From positions 89,449 through 153,448 of the forward strand of contig JAKEHY010000020.1 in the NCBI GenBank assembly GCA_022614805.1: a DNA stretch of 64,000 nt. The letters are read 5' to 3'. The notes beneath the pieces were generated by a model that searched no databases, was not told where the DNA came from, and was given only the letters and a program-made list of their open reading frames with translations. The position numbers and the translations under genes are program-made. The DNA is from Candidatus Zixiibacteriota bacterium. Lineage in GTDB: Bacteria > Zixibacteria > MSB-5A5 > DSPP01. This document shows, piece after piece, positions 39,836 through 48,957 of this stretch; the first letter of the stretch is position 1; every line of letters starts with the position of its first letter.

Positions 39836-41494
39836 ATGAAACGCACCACAATGCTTTCGGCAGCGGGGATTCTGTTGCTCTGCTCGATGGTATGGGCACT
39901 TGTCCCGAGCGTAGTCAAAGGAGCCGTCCCCCAGCTCATCAACTTTCAGGGTATCTTGAGAGACGGCTCCGGCAATCCGGTGGCGAACGGCCCGTATCCC
40001 GTCATCTTCACGATTTACGATGCCTCTGCCGGAGGTAATGTTCATTGGGCGGAAACAACTTCTGTAATTACAACCAGCGGGCTTTTTTCGGTTCTTTTGG
40101 GTTCTGCGAATCCCGTTCCCGATTCCGCTTTTAACAACCCGAACCGCTGGTTGGGGATTAAAGTCGGCGGCGACCCGGAGATGACACCGAGGCAAAAACT
40201 GGTTTCGGTTGGTTATGGCTATCGTGTCAGCTCGGTGGATGGTGCCTTGGGCGGCAATATTCTTACCAAAGTTTCCATTGGTTCGGGGCATAGCAACACA
40301 GGGATATCCGCTTTCGTCGCAGGGGACAGCAACTCGGCTTTCGGGGATTATTCTACAATCGGCGGCGGCAGGTTTAACCAAGTGTATGGAGATTTTGCGA
40401 CGGTCAGCGGCGGCGATTCAAACCAAGCAGTAAACGACGGCAGCACTGTTGGCGGCGGCCGCAAAAATTTTGGGGTGGGTAATTTTACAACAATTGGCGG
40501 TGGCTCCCAAAATTTCGCGAGCGGACAAAACGGCACGGTCGGCGGTGGTCGAGGCAACCTTGCCAACGCTCTTGAGGCTACGGTCGGCGGCGGCGGGAAC
40601 AATGGGGCCAGTGCTATTGGAGCCACGGTCGGTGGCGGCAGAGGGAACACCGCTGGCGGGGATTACGCCACGGTCGGCGGCGGCACAGGTAATGTCACAA
40701 GCGGCGGCTTTTCCACTATTCCCGGTGGTGTCAACAACTACGCCTTTGGCGGCTCCTTTGCCGCCGGTGTGGGGGCAAAGGCCAATCACTCCCACGCCTT
40801 TGTTTGGTCTGATAACAGCGGTGGCGATTTTGCATCCACTGGCAGCAACCAGTTCCTCATCCGCGCTTCGGGAGGGGTGGGTATCGGAACGAACAGCCCC
40901 AACCAAATGCTGGATGTCGCCGACAATATTAGCATTCGAGGAACCCATCTTATTTACAACTCAGCGAATGGCGTCATCGATTGGGGACCGGGCGGCGACC
41001 TTATCTTTCGGCGGCTTGCTACGCAGGGAGACATCAGCGTCTATACGGAGCACATGATAATTAAGGGCGGCGGCAACGTCGGCATCGGAACCTTTGCTCC
41101 CGTCTACAAGCTGGACGTGGCCGGTTCGGCCCACGCCACCAGCTTTCCCACTTCTTCGGATAACCGGCTGAAGAAAAACATCGAACCCTTGACCAAAGTT
41201 TTGGAGAAGATAGAAAAGATTCGCGGCGTTTCCTTCGACTGGAACGAAACCTACGAGAAGATGGGGCGTTCTTCCGGCCACCGGGAAATTGGGGTCATCG
41301 CCCAGGATGTTGAGAAGGTTTTCCCCGAACTCATTTCAAAATGGGGAGACGAGCATTATCGCGGAGTGGACTACGGCCGGATGACGGCGGTTTTGATTGA
41401 AGCGGTCAAAGAACTAAAAGCTGAAAATGAGGAATTGAGAAACAGAATTTTGAAATTGGAGAAAGGCAAACCCCAAGCGCAGGTAGAACATTAA
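39836..41494 (+). CDS. Secreted tail-fibre-like trimeric protein 1 (conserved N-module, Gly-rich beta-roll repeats, peptidase S74 chaperone, coiled coil)
   Basis: Signal peptide, VPQLINFQGILRD module, about 14-aa ATVGGG..N repeats, SDNRLKKNI...GVIAQDVEKVFPEL. Confidence 0.8.
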   Translation: MKRTTMLSAAGILLLCSMVWALVPSVVKGAVPQLINFQGILRDGSGNPVANGPYPVIFTIYDASAGGNVHWAETTSVITTSGLFSVLLGSANPVPDSAFNNPNRWLGIKVGGDPEMTPRQKLVSVGYGYRVSSVDGALGGNILTKVSIGSGHSNTGISAFVAGDSNSAFGDYSTIGGGRFNQVYGDFATVSGGDSNQAVNDGSTVGGGRKNFGVGNFTTIGGGSQNFASGQNGTVGGGRGNLANALEATVGGGGNNGASAIGATVGGGRGNTAGGDYATVGGGTGNVTSGGFSTIPGGVNNYAFGGSFAAGVGAKANHSHAFVWSDNSGGDFASTGSNQFLIRASGGVGIGTNSPNQMLDVADNISIRGTHLIYNSANGVIDWGPGGDLIFRRLATQGDISVYTEHMIIKGGGNVGIGTFAPVYKLDVAGSAHATSFPTSSDNRLKKNIEPLTKVLEKIEKIRGVSFDWNETYEKMGRSSGHREIGVIAQDVEKVFPELISKWGDEHYRGVDYGRMTAVLIEAVKELKAENEELRNRILKLEKGKPQAQVEH

Positions 41495-41512
41495 CCCAAA
41501 GAGGAGGAGCGT

Positions 41513-43435
41513 ATGAAACGCATCCCGGTTTTAACAAAGCTGACAGCGCTTTTGGCGCTGTGGACGGTAGCAGTCTGGGCAGCAGTCCCCCAACTCATCA
41601 ACTTTCAGGGCGTTTTGCGGGACGGCTCCGGCAATCCGGTGGCTAACGGCTCCTATTCCGTCATCTTCACCATTTACGATGACCCAGCCGCTGGAAACGT
41701 GCTCTGGGCGGAAACGACTTCCGTTTCAACCACCAGCGGCCTTTTCACGGTTCTTTTGGGTTCGACAAATCCGGTTCCCGATTCCGCTTTCCGGGACACC
41801 ACTCGCTATCTTGGAATTAAAGTCGGCGCCGACCCGGAGATGACGCCGCGGCAACGGTTGGTTTCGGTCGGTTATGGCTATCGAGTTAGTTCAGTGGATG
41901 GCGCCCTGGGTGGAAATATCCTTACGAAGGTCTCCATCGGCCCGGGGCACACCAATACCGGCACCAACGCCTTTGTGGCTGGTGAAAATAACAAAGCTCG
42001 CGGGAATTATTCGGTAGTCAGCGGCGGCGGGGGGGCAAATGTTGCCGACTCAAACTCTGCAAATGGAGCCTTGTCCACCGTCTCTGGAGGCTCATATAAC
42101 GCAGCAGGCGGTGTTGGGGCAACGGTTGACGGAGGGGTCAATAACCGCGCAAGCGGCGATTATTCAACCGTCGGCGGCGGGGGGGGTAACTCGGCAAATG
42201 CTGACAATGCAACAGTCAGCGGCGGCTACAACAACAATTCAAGTGGCGGCCAAGCCTTTATAGGTGGCGGAGCGAGCAATACTGCAAGCGGGGGCGCTGC
42301 TGTGGTTGGTGGCGGACAGTTAAATACGGCGAACGGCTTAAATACCGCCACAGTTGGAGGTGGGTACGACAATTCCGCCAGCGGCTCTTATTCCACAGTC
42401 GGCGGCGGCCAGGTCAATGTCGCCAGCGTCAGTTGGGCCACGGTCGGTGGCGGCAACGCCAACACGTCGAGCGGCTCTTATGCCACGGTCGGCGGCGGCT
42501 TCAGCGACACGGCCAGCGGCTTTATTTCCACAGTCCCCGGAGGTTTGGCAAACAAAGCATCCGGCGGTTATTCCTTCGCCGCCGGTCGCCGGGCCAAAGC
42601 GCTTCATGATGGGTCCTTTGTATGGGGTGATCGAGGCGACTTTACTTTTGGAACCGATTTTGCTTCTACGAATATCAATCAGTTCCTAATCCGCGCCTCC
42701 AACGGGGTGGGGATCAACACCAATAGTCCCAACAAAGCGCTCACCGTCGCCGGCTCAATGGAAATCGGGACGGGCGCGGGGGATTACCAGCACCTTCGCC
42801 TCGGAGGCGGCAACTCCTCCGGCTTTCTTTTCGGCAGCTATCCAAGTCTTGGCGATGGAATCCATATGTCGTACAATTATTATTCCAACGGACCCAACTT
42901 TGTAATAAATCCGGGCGGGGGGACCAGCCGTATTTCGGTGGGATATGGAGAAATTAGGATGACTGTGGGCGATATAGGTTCGCCACCCACCCAGCTTGGT
43001 ATTTTTATTGGTTATCCGGGCAATGTCGGCATCGGGACTTTGGCCCCGGCGGCCAAGTTGCACGTTAACGGTACGGCGGGGAACAACACCGGGGTTTGGT
43101 CCAACCTTTCGGACCGACGACTGAAGCGGGATATTGAGCCGATTCAAAATGCCTTGGAAACAGTGGAACAACTTAACCCGGTGAGCTTCCGGTGGAAGGA
43201 TGCAGAAAAAGATGCCCAATTTGGGCGGGTTCGGGGATTGATTGCCCAAGACGTGGAAAAAGTCATTCCGGAATGGATAAAAACCGACCCGGATGGTTAC
43301 AAACGTCTTGAACCGATTGGGATAGATGCTTTACTCATTGAAGCCCTCAAAGAACAACAGAAGCAAATAGAGGTGTTAAAAGAGGAGATTGCGAAACTGA
43401 AAGACCAATCGTCTCAAGCACAGGCGAAAAATTAA
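41513..43435 (+). CDS. Secreted tail-fibre-like protein 2 (same architecture, more repeats, different tip)
   Basis: N-module nearly identical to gene 1 at DNA level. SDRRLKRDI...GLIAQDVEKVIPEW S74 domain. Confidence 0.8.
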   Translation: MKRIPVLTKLTALLALWTVAVWAAVPQLINFQGVLRDGSGNPVANGSYSVIFTIYDDPAAGNVLWAETTSVSTTSGLFTVLLGSTNPVPDSAFRDTTRYLGIKVGADPEMTPRQRLVSVGYGYRVSSVDGALGGNILTKVSIGPGHTNTGTNAFVAGENNKARGNYSVVSGGGGANVADSNSANGALSTVSGGSYNAAGGVGATVDGGVNNRASGDYSTVGGGGGNSANADNATVSGGYNNNSSGGQAFIGGGASNTASGGAAVVGGGQLNTANGLNTATVGGGYDNSASGSYSTVGGGQVNVASVSWATVGGGNANTSSGSYATVGGGFSDTASGFISTVPGGLANKASGGYSFAAGRRAKALHDGSFVWGDRGDFTFGTDFASTNINQFLIRASNGVGINTNSPNKALTVAGSMEIGTGAGDYQHLRLGGGNSSGFLFGSYPSLGDGIHMSYNYYSNGPNFVINPGGGTSRISVGYGEIRMTVGDIGSPPTQLGIFIGYPGNVGIGTLAPAAKLHVNGTAGNNTGVWSNLSDRRLKRDIEPIQNALETVEQLNPVSFRWKDAEKDAQFGRVRGLIAQDVEKVIPEWIKTDPDGYKRLEPIGIDALLIEALKEQQKQIEVLKEEIAKLKDQSSQAQAKN

Positions 43436-43453
43436 TTTAAAAGGAGGCGTCAA

Positions 43454-45004
43454 ATGAAACGTTTTACCATACTATCTGGACTCGGAATGGCGCTTTTCCT
43501 CGTGTCCGTTGCTTATGCCGCCATCCCCCAGCTTATCAACTTTCAGGGCATTTTGAAAGACGGCTCCGGCAACCCGGTGGCCAACGGGAGCTATTCCGTC
43601 ATTTTCACGATTTACGATGCCCCCTCCGCCGGGAACGTGCTCTGGGCGGAGACGACTTCCGTTTCCACTACCAGCGGCCTTTTTTCGGTTCTTTTGGGTT
43701 CGGCAAATCCGGTTCCCGATTCCGCTTTCCAAGACACTGCTCGCTATCTCGGCGTTAAAGTCGGGGCCGACCCGGAGATGACGCCGAGGCAAAAACTGGT
43801 TTCGGTTGGGTATGCCTATGAATCGGCACAGTGGACTTCCGCCGCTCAAAATTTATTCCGCTTGAGTGGAAACGTCGGCATCGGCACGAACATTCCGCTG
43901 GGACTCCTGCATCTCAAAGGCAGCAATTACAAATTGCTTTTGGAAAGTTCCGGCAACGCAGACGTGGTCATCGGCCGTGCGGATGCCACCCGGTACGGCA
44001 ACTACATTCTGGCGGACGGCGACCCGAGCGTCGGGGCCAACAACCGCTGGGCAATTGGGCTGCGGAACGGCGACTCCAAACTGCACCTGTATGACGAAGT
44101 GAACAGTTCGAACGTGATGGTCTTGCAGCCGGGCGGCAATGTCGGCATCGGAACGGCCTCGCCCGCGGCGCAGCTCCACGTACATGACCCGATCAATTCC
44201 ATCCTGGGCAGTCGGCTGATGTTGACGCAGGCTGCGGGCGGCTCAACTATTTTTGACGGGTTGGCAGTAATTGGTACGCCCCCAAAAGGGTATTTGTGGA
44301 ACTATGAGAACGGACCTTTAATCTTCGGAACCAATGACGCGGAGCGGCTGCGCATCGATTCGGCCGGCAACGTCGGCGTCGGTATCGATGCGCCGGCCGC
44401 CCGGCTGCAGGTGGGCCTCGCGGGCATCGAAGGGACACCACCATTCATCGCCGGGACCCAGATTGTCGCCCAAGCGACAAACGGGGGCAACTGGGCGCAT
44501 ATGGCTATCATCTCCAGCAGTTCGGGCCAGTCGCGCTTGAACTTCGGTGATGCCAGCAACGACGACCAGGGGTCGGTGGCCTACAACAACTTCAACGATG
44601 CGATGTTTTTCATCACCGCGGCTGCCGAACGGATGCGCATTACGAACACCGGCAATGTCGGTATCGGAACAAGCGCCCCGAACAGTCGCTTGCAGGTCAA
44701 TGGCGCCCTTGCCACGGCGGTTACCGCGATTACCGTGAACTCTACGTTGAACGAGTCCCACAGCATTGTTTTGGCAAGCACGCCCGGTGTAAGTGATGTC
44801 GTCATTACCCTTCCGACAGCGGTTGGAATCGCGGGCCGGCAGTACACCATAAAGAAAGCGGACGCTGCGGCGCATACTGTAGTGGTGGATGCCAATGGCG
44901 CCGAAACCATCGACGGGGCTTTTTTGTACAATCTGACCGCACAAAACAAATATGTAACATTGGTCAGCAACGGCGCAAATTGGTTTGTCATAGCCAATAA
45001 TTGA
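43454..45004 (+). CDS. Secreted tail-fibre-like protein 3 (N-module, GNVGIGT repeats, phage-type C-terminal beta domain, no S74)
   Basis: Shared N-module. C-terminus ITLPTA...GRQYTIKK.D...AETIDG...LVSNGANWFVI. Confidence 0.75.
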   Translation: MKRFTILSGLGMALFLVSVAYAAIPQLINFQGILKDGSGNPVANGSYSVIFTIYDAPSAGNVLWAETTSVSTTSGLFSVLLGSANPVPDSAFQDTARYLGVKVGADPEMTPRQKLVSVGYAYESAQWTSAAQNLFRLSGNVGIGTNIPLGLLHLKGSNYKLLLESSGNADVVIGRADATRYGNYILADGDPSVGANNRWAIGLRNGDSKLHLYDEVNSSNVMVLQPGGNVGIGTASPAAQLHVHDPINSILGSRLMLTQAAGGSTIFDGLAVIGTPPKGYLWNYENGPLIFGTNDAERLRIDSAGNVGVGIDAPAARLQVGLAGIEGTPPFIAGTQIVAQATNGGNWAHMAIISSSSGQSRLNFGDASNDDQGSVAYNNFNDAMFFITAAAERMRITNTGNVGIGTSAPNSRLQVNGALATAVTAITVNSTLNESHSIVLASTPGVSDVVITLPTAVGIAGRQYTIKKADAAAHTVVVDANGAETIDGAFLYNLTAQNKYVTLVSNGANWFVIANN

Positions 45005-45024
45005 CGTCCATTTTCGATTTTCTA

Positions 45025-45051
45025 AGGGGCACGGCGATGCCGTGCCCCTAC
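45025..45051 (-). repeat. GTAG-type REP palindrome, possibly acting as a terminator for the fibre operon
   Basis: Minus strand GTAGGGGCACGGCATCGCCGTGCCCCT, followed on the plus strand by TTTTT. Confidence 0.7.
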
Positions 45052-45101
45052 TTTTTCAGCCGTTGACACTTTCGGGAGCTCCCTCTAATTTCCGTCGCTC
45101 T

Positions 45102-46202
45102 ATGAAAGTCGTCGGCTTTAACCAGACCGGCTCCGTCTCCAACATTGAAGTGCTGGAATCTCCAGCGCCTGGGAAATTGAAAGAGGGCGAAGTCCGTCTT
45201 AAATTTCTCTCCGGCAGTTTGAACCATCTTGATTTGTGGGTTATAAAAGGGCTGCCCCATATTAAATACCAATTTCCCCACATTGCCGGCTCGGATTTCT
45301 GCGGAAAAGTGGTCGAGTCCCGCTCGGAAAAGTTCAAAATTGGCGATAGAGTTTTGGTTTATCCCGGCGGCAGCTCCGGCACAGACGCCAGAGAATACCT
45401 GCCGGAAAACCTGCGGGACGATTTTTTGATACGCGGGGAAAATTCCCCAGGCGTTTTGCGGGAGGAGCTGGTGGAGCCAGAAAAATATTTGACAAAAGCT
45501 CCCGAACATCTGACGGACGAGCGGGCCGGCGCCATTCCCCTTGCCTTTTTGACCGCTTGGCAGATGGTGGTTGAGAAGGGATTTTCACAGCCAAACTATG
45601 ACCTTTCAGGCAGGGGTTTGATTAATCAAACCCCTACTGGAGGTCTGAAGACCTCCGCTACCATTTTGGAAAGAATCGAGCCCGTTTTGGTTCACGCCGC
45701 CGTTAGCGGCGTTTCGCAAGCAATTTTGGAGCTTTTGCTGTCTTTCGGTTTCAAAAAAATTGCCGCCACGTCACGCTCGGAGGAAAAATTGGAGATTTGG
45801 AAGAAGCGCGGCGTGCAAGGATTCATCTCCGGCCCTAATCTGGAAACCGAACTGAAAACCTGGGCGGGCAAAACCCGTTTTGGCCTGATTTTCGACCATG
45901 TGGGAGAAGTTTATTTCGAGATGAACATCCGTTTGTTAAGAAAGGGCGGCAAGTTCATCACCTGCGGTTCAACGTCGGGCTTCAAAGCCGCGCTGGATTT
46001 GCGCCACGTATTCTTCCGTCAACTGCAACTCTTGGGTTCGACGATGGGGAGCGTGCAACAGTTCAAGACGATGGTCAACTGGGTCGCCGAAAGAAAAATT
46101 GTTCCCTTGGTTTCGCATACCTTCCCCTTCGACAACCCCAAACCGGCCTACGAGCTTATGGAAGCCGGCCGCCAAAACGGGAAAATTGTTCTGACCGCGT
46201 AA
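45102..46202 (+). CDS. MDR-superfamily (zinc-binding ADH-like/quinone) oxidoreductase carrying an in-frame REP insertion
   Basis: LNHLDLW, PHIAGSDFCG, FLTAWQM, LRKGGKFITCG, LGSTMGS, GKIVL. Start at ATG 45102. Confidence 0.85.
   Translation: MKVVGFNQTGSVSNIEVLESPAPGKLKEGEVRLKFLSGSLNHLDLWVIKGLPHIKYQFPHIAGSDFCGKVVESRSEKFKIGDRVLVYPGGSSGTDAREYLPENLRDDFLIRGENSPGVLREELVEPEKYLTKAPEHLTDERAGAIPLAFLTAWQMVVEKGFSQPNYDLSGRGLINQTPTGGLKTSATILERIEPVLVHAAVSGVSQAILELLLSFGFKKIAATSRSEEKLEIWKKRGVQGFISGPNLETELKTWAGKTRFGLIFDHVGEVYFEMNIRLLRKGGKFITCGSTSGFKAALDLRHVFFRQLQLLGSTMGSVQQFKTMVNWVAERKIVPLVSHTFPFDNPKPAYELMEAGRQNGKIVLTA
45610..45661 (-). repeat. Intragenic REP doublet
   Basis: Minus strand GTAGCGGAGGTCTTCAGACCTCC-A-GTAGGGGTTTGATTAATCAAACCCCTGC, nearly identical to 25298-25350. 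Confidence 0.85.
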
Positions 46203-46209
46203 AAAGGGC

Positions 46210-46258
46210 TTGACATCCTTCGCAGCCCCAAGCTATCTTCTCCCCACAGGGTGGGATA
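46210..46258 (+). promoter_or_regulatory. Sigma70-type promoter of fibre gene 4, with a downstream AGGGTGGGATA motif
   Basis: TTGACA-N18-TATCTT, then AGGGTGGGATA at 46248. Confidence 0.5.
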
Positions 46259-46419
46259 AGCCAATAGGCGTTTTTAACTTCTGAAAGCAGCCGTTGGCGC
46301 TCCGGCTGGAACGTCAACGAGAAAATAACAGAAACAAAAAACCAAAGGGCGGGGTGTTTTTGCGCCTATTGGATGACCCAATACGCCGGACGCCTCACCC
46401 AAACCAAGGGGAGGTCCAA

Positions 46420-48813
46420 ATGAAGCGCTTTACAATGTTTTTGGGCTTGGGGTCGCTGGTGCTCTCGCTGGCGTGGGTTCTTGCCCCGGGCGTGGCCGAG
46501 GGTATTGTCCCCGAACGCATCAACATTCAGGGCATCCTGCGGGATGTAGGGGGAAATCCGGTGGCGGACGGTTCCTACTCGGTCATCTTTACCATCTACA
46601 ATGCCGACATCGGCGGCTCCGTTTTCTGGGCCGAAACCACTTCGATAGGCACCACGGACGGTTTGTTCAACTATCGTATGGGGGCGGCCAATCCGATTCC
46701 GGATACGGCCATCCGGCTCAATACTTGGCTGGGGATTACAGTTGGCGCCGACCCGGAAATGACCCCCCGCACGCGGCTGACTTCTGTAAGCCACGCCTTC
46801 AAGGTCAGCACCGTACAGGGCGCACAGGGGGGAGTTATTTCGGGGGATGTGGCGATAGACACGGGGAACATCCTATTAGCCGGGTCCGGGCCAGATGACA
46901 TCTTATCCCTATCGGTCTCCGACCCAAATATCGCTTTGGAGTTACGGTCGGGAACCTTTGGCGGAGATCCATATATCGACTTCTCAAACGATGCCGCCAG
47001 CGACTACGACGCACGCATTCAGTTGTTGGGAGACGCCGGTTTGAAAATCGACGTTCCCTCGACTCTCGCCATCCCCACCGGCAAAGTCGGCATCGGGACG
47101 ACCACACCCGGCTCGTTACCGGGTATCTTGCAAAATTCCCGCCTGGAAGTAGCCGATGCCAATGGGCTCAATAGCGATGTTTCATTACGTGTTTCGGGAG
47201 GGGGGGCAACCGGTTCCGCATCTTTGAATTTTGCCAAGTCGAGAGGCACCTTGCCCTCCCCAACCAGTGTCCAGTCCGGCGACTTTTTGGGGAATATCAC
47301 CTTCGTCGGTCATGATGGATCGGACTTTGGAAGTATCGCTGCCTGGATCAGGGGATCTGTCGATGGCACGCCGGGCGTGGACGATATGCCCGGTCGTCTC
47401 GAGTTTTTGACCACACCAGATGGTTCCGCCACACCGTCAACACAGATGACGATAAACAATGCAGGCAAAGTCGGCATCGGAACGACCACGCCCGGCTCGT
47501 TACCGGGTATCTTGCAAAATTCCCGCATAGAAGTAGCCGATGCCAATGGACTCAATAGCGATGTTTCATTACGCGTTTCGGGAGGGGGGGCAACGGGTTC
47601 GGCATCTTTGAATTTTGCCAAGTCGAGAGGCACCTTGTCCTCTCCAACAATCGTCCAGTCCGGCGACCTTTTGGGGAATATGACTTTCGTCGGTCATGAT
47701 GGATCAGACTTTGGAAGTATCGCTGCCTGGATCAGGGGTGTAGTGGATGGCACCCCGGGTGTAGACGATATGCCCGGCCGCCTCGAGTTTCTGACTACAC
47801 CAGACGGCTCGGCCACAGCGGCAACGCGGATGACGATAGATAACGCCGGCAACGTCGGCATCGGGACGAACACACCGTCGCAGAAATTGAGCGTAAATGG
47901 TAACATTAGTGGTGGTAGTCTTATCGTGGGGTCCACCGGTTGCATTGACCCGAGCAGTGGTTTGCAGCTTTCGACCTCGGGAGATCTCATAACCCGTACC
48001 GGTTCACAATGCGGCGGCACGCTACGTTTACATCTCGATGGAACCACTGGCAACTTCGGCATCGCGACGCAAGGCTTCGCCCCGGTTGCTCCTTTGGAAG
48101 TCCGCAGCTTGGATGCTACTCATGTTGCGGTTGCCGAAATCAATCGGGTAGCCAACGATGGAATTTTGATAAGATTTTCTCGAAGCGGTAGTACTAACGT
48201 TGGGAACATCTCCGTTGCGGCCGGTGCCGTCTCCTACAACGCCTTCACCGGCTCGCACTACGGCTGGACGGATGAAGCGATTGAGCGGGGAGAGCTGGTT
48301 ACCTTATCGGGCGTAAATTGTAACTCACACGACAACCTCGAATCGGAAATTATTTACGGAATCAAGCGGTCAAGTGTTCCCAACGACCCGGCTTGCTTGG
48401 GGTCCTTTCTGGCGCTTGCGGAGCCGTCCAAACCGGCCAGCACAGACAATCCGCATTTGGTTATGGCCGTGGGCAACGGCGTTATGTGGGTGGTGGATGA
48501 AGGGCAAAACATCCAGCCCGGCGATTATCTGATTTCCTCCTCCACTCCCGGCCATGCGATGAAGGATGATGAGACGAAATATCCCATCGGCCATATCGTC
48601 GCCCGGGCGGCGGAAGGAGTTGACTGGTCAACCGTGAGCGAAATGGCCGGTGGCCACAAGCACAAAAAAATCTCGGTTTTGTTCGGGAATTTCGTGCGCT
48701 CCAGTGTCGCTTCCGTAAACCGGATGCTTCAGCAGCAACAGATGGAAATAGAGCAGTTGAAAGAAACGCTCAAACAAATGCAGGCCGAAAAGCCGCAAGC
48801 GAAAGTGGAGTAG
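46420..48813 (+). CDS. Secreted tail-fibre-like protein 4 (diverged N-module, 128-aa tandem duplication, chaperone-like C-terminal domain, coiled coil)
   Basis: GGAGG SD and ATG 46420. VPERINIQGILRD module, VGIGT repeats, SYNAFTGSH...GDYLISSSTPGHAMK. Confidence 0.75.
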   Translation: MKRFTMFLGLGSLVLSLAWVLAPGVAEGIVPERINIQGILRDVGGNPVADGSYSVIFTIYNADIGGSVFWAETTSIGTTDGLFNYRMGAANPIPDTAIRLNTWLGITVGADPEMTPRTRLTSVSHAFKVSTVQGAQGGVISGDVAIDTGNILLAGSGPDDILSLSVSDPNIALELRSGTFGGDPYIDFSNDAASDYDARIQLLGDAGLKIDVPSTLAIPTGKVGIGTTTPGSLPGILQNSRLEVADANGLNSDVSLRVSGGGATGSASLNFAKSRGTLPSPTSVQSGDFLGNITFVGHDGSDFGSIAAWIRGSVDGTPGVDDMPGRLEFLTTPDGSATPSTQMTINNAGKVGIGTTTPGSLPGILQNSRIEVADANGLNSDVSLRVSGGGATGSASLNFAKSRGTLSSPTIVQSGDLLGNMTFVGHDGSDFGSIAAWIRGVVDGTPGVDDMPGRLEFLTTPDGSATAATRMTIDNAGNVGIGTNTPSQKLSVNGNISGGSLIVGSTGCIDPSSGLQLSTSGDLITRTGSQCGGTLRLHLDGTTGNFGIATQGFAPVAPLEVRSLDATHVAVAEINRVANDGILIRFSRSGSTNVGNISVAAGAVSYNAFTGSHYGWTDEAIERGELVTLSGVNCNSHDNLESEIIYGIKRSSVPNDPACLGSFLALAEPSKPASTDNPHLVMAVGNGVMWVVDEGQNIQPGDYLISSSTPGHAMKDDETKYPIGHIVARAAEGVDWSTVSEMAGGHKHKKISVLFGNFVRSSVASVNRMLQQQQMEIEQLKETLKQMQAEKPQAKVE
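47080..47847 (+). repeat. Two tandem 384-bp direct repeats inside fibre gene 4
   Basis: GGCAAAGTCGGCATCGG starts at 47080 and 47464, with very high DNA identity between units. Confidence 0.9.
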
Positions 48814-48822
48814 GATGAAGAA

Positions 48823-48894
48823 TGGGGACACTATGCCCTTTCCGGATTTCCCCGACCCTCAAATCTGGAGACGGAACGGAAACCGGTGTCCCCA
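48823..48894. repeat. Short element bounded by a 9-bp inverted repeat TGGGGACAC/GTGTCCCCA
   Basis: Inverted repeats in the convergent intergenic region; MITE/REP-like. Confidence 0.4.
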
Positions 48895-48957
48895 CCTTTT
48901 TTGAAAGTAGGAAGGGATGGAGCGTGTTGGCCTTGAACATGGTCGAAGGTTGAGGTG

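Noticed and set aside
39836-48813. Prophage or tailocin
   Set aside because: No terminase, capsid, tube, sheath, baseplate, lysis or integrase genes are present, the fibres have signal peptides, and the neighbours are housekeeping genes.
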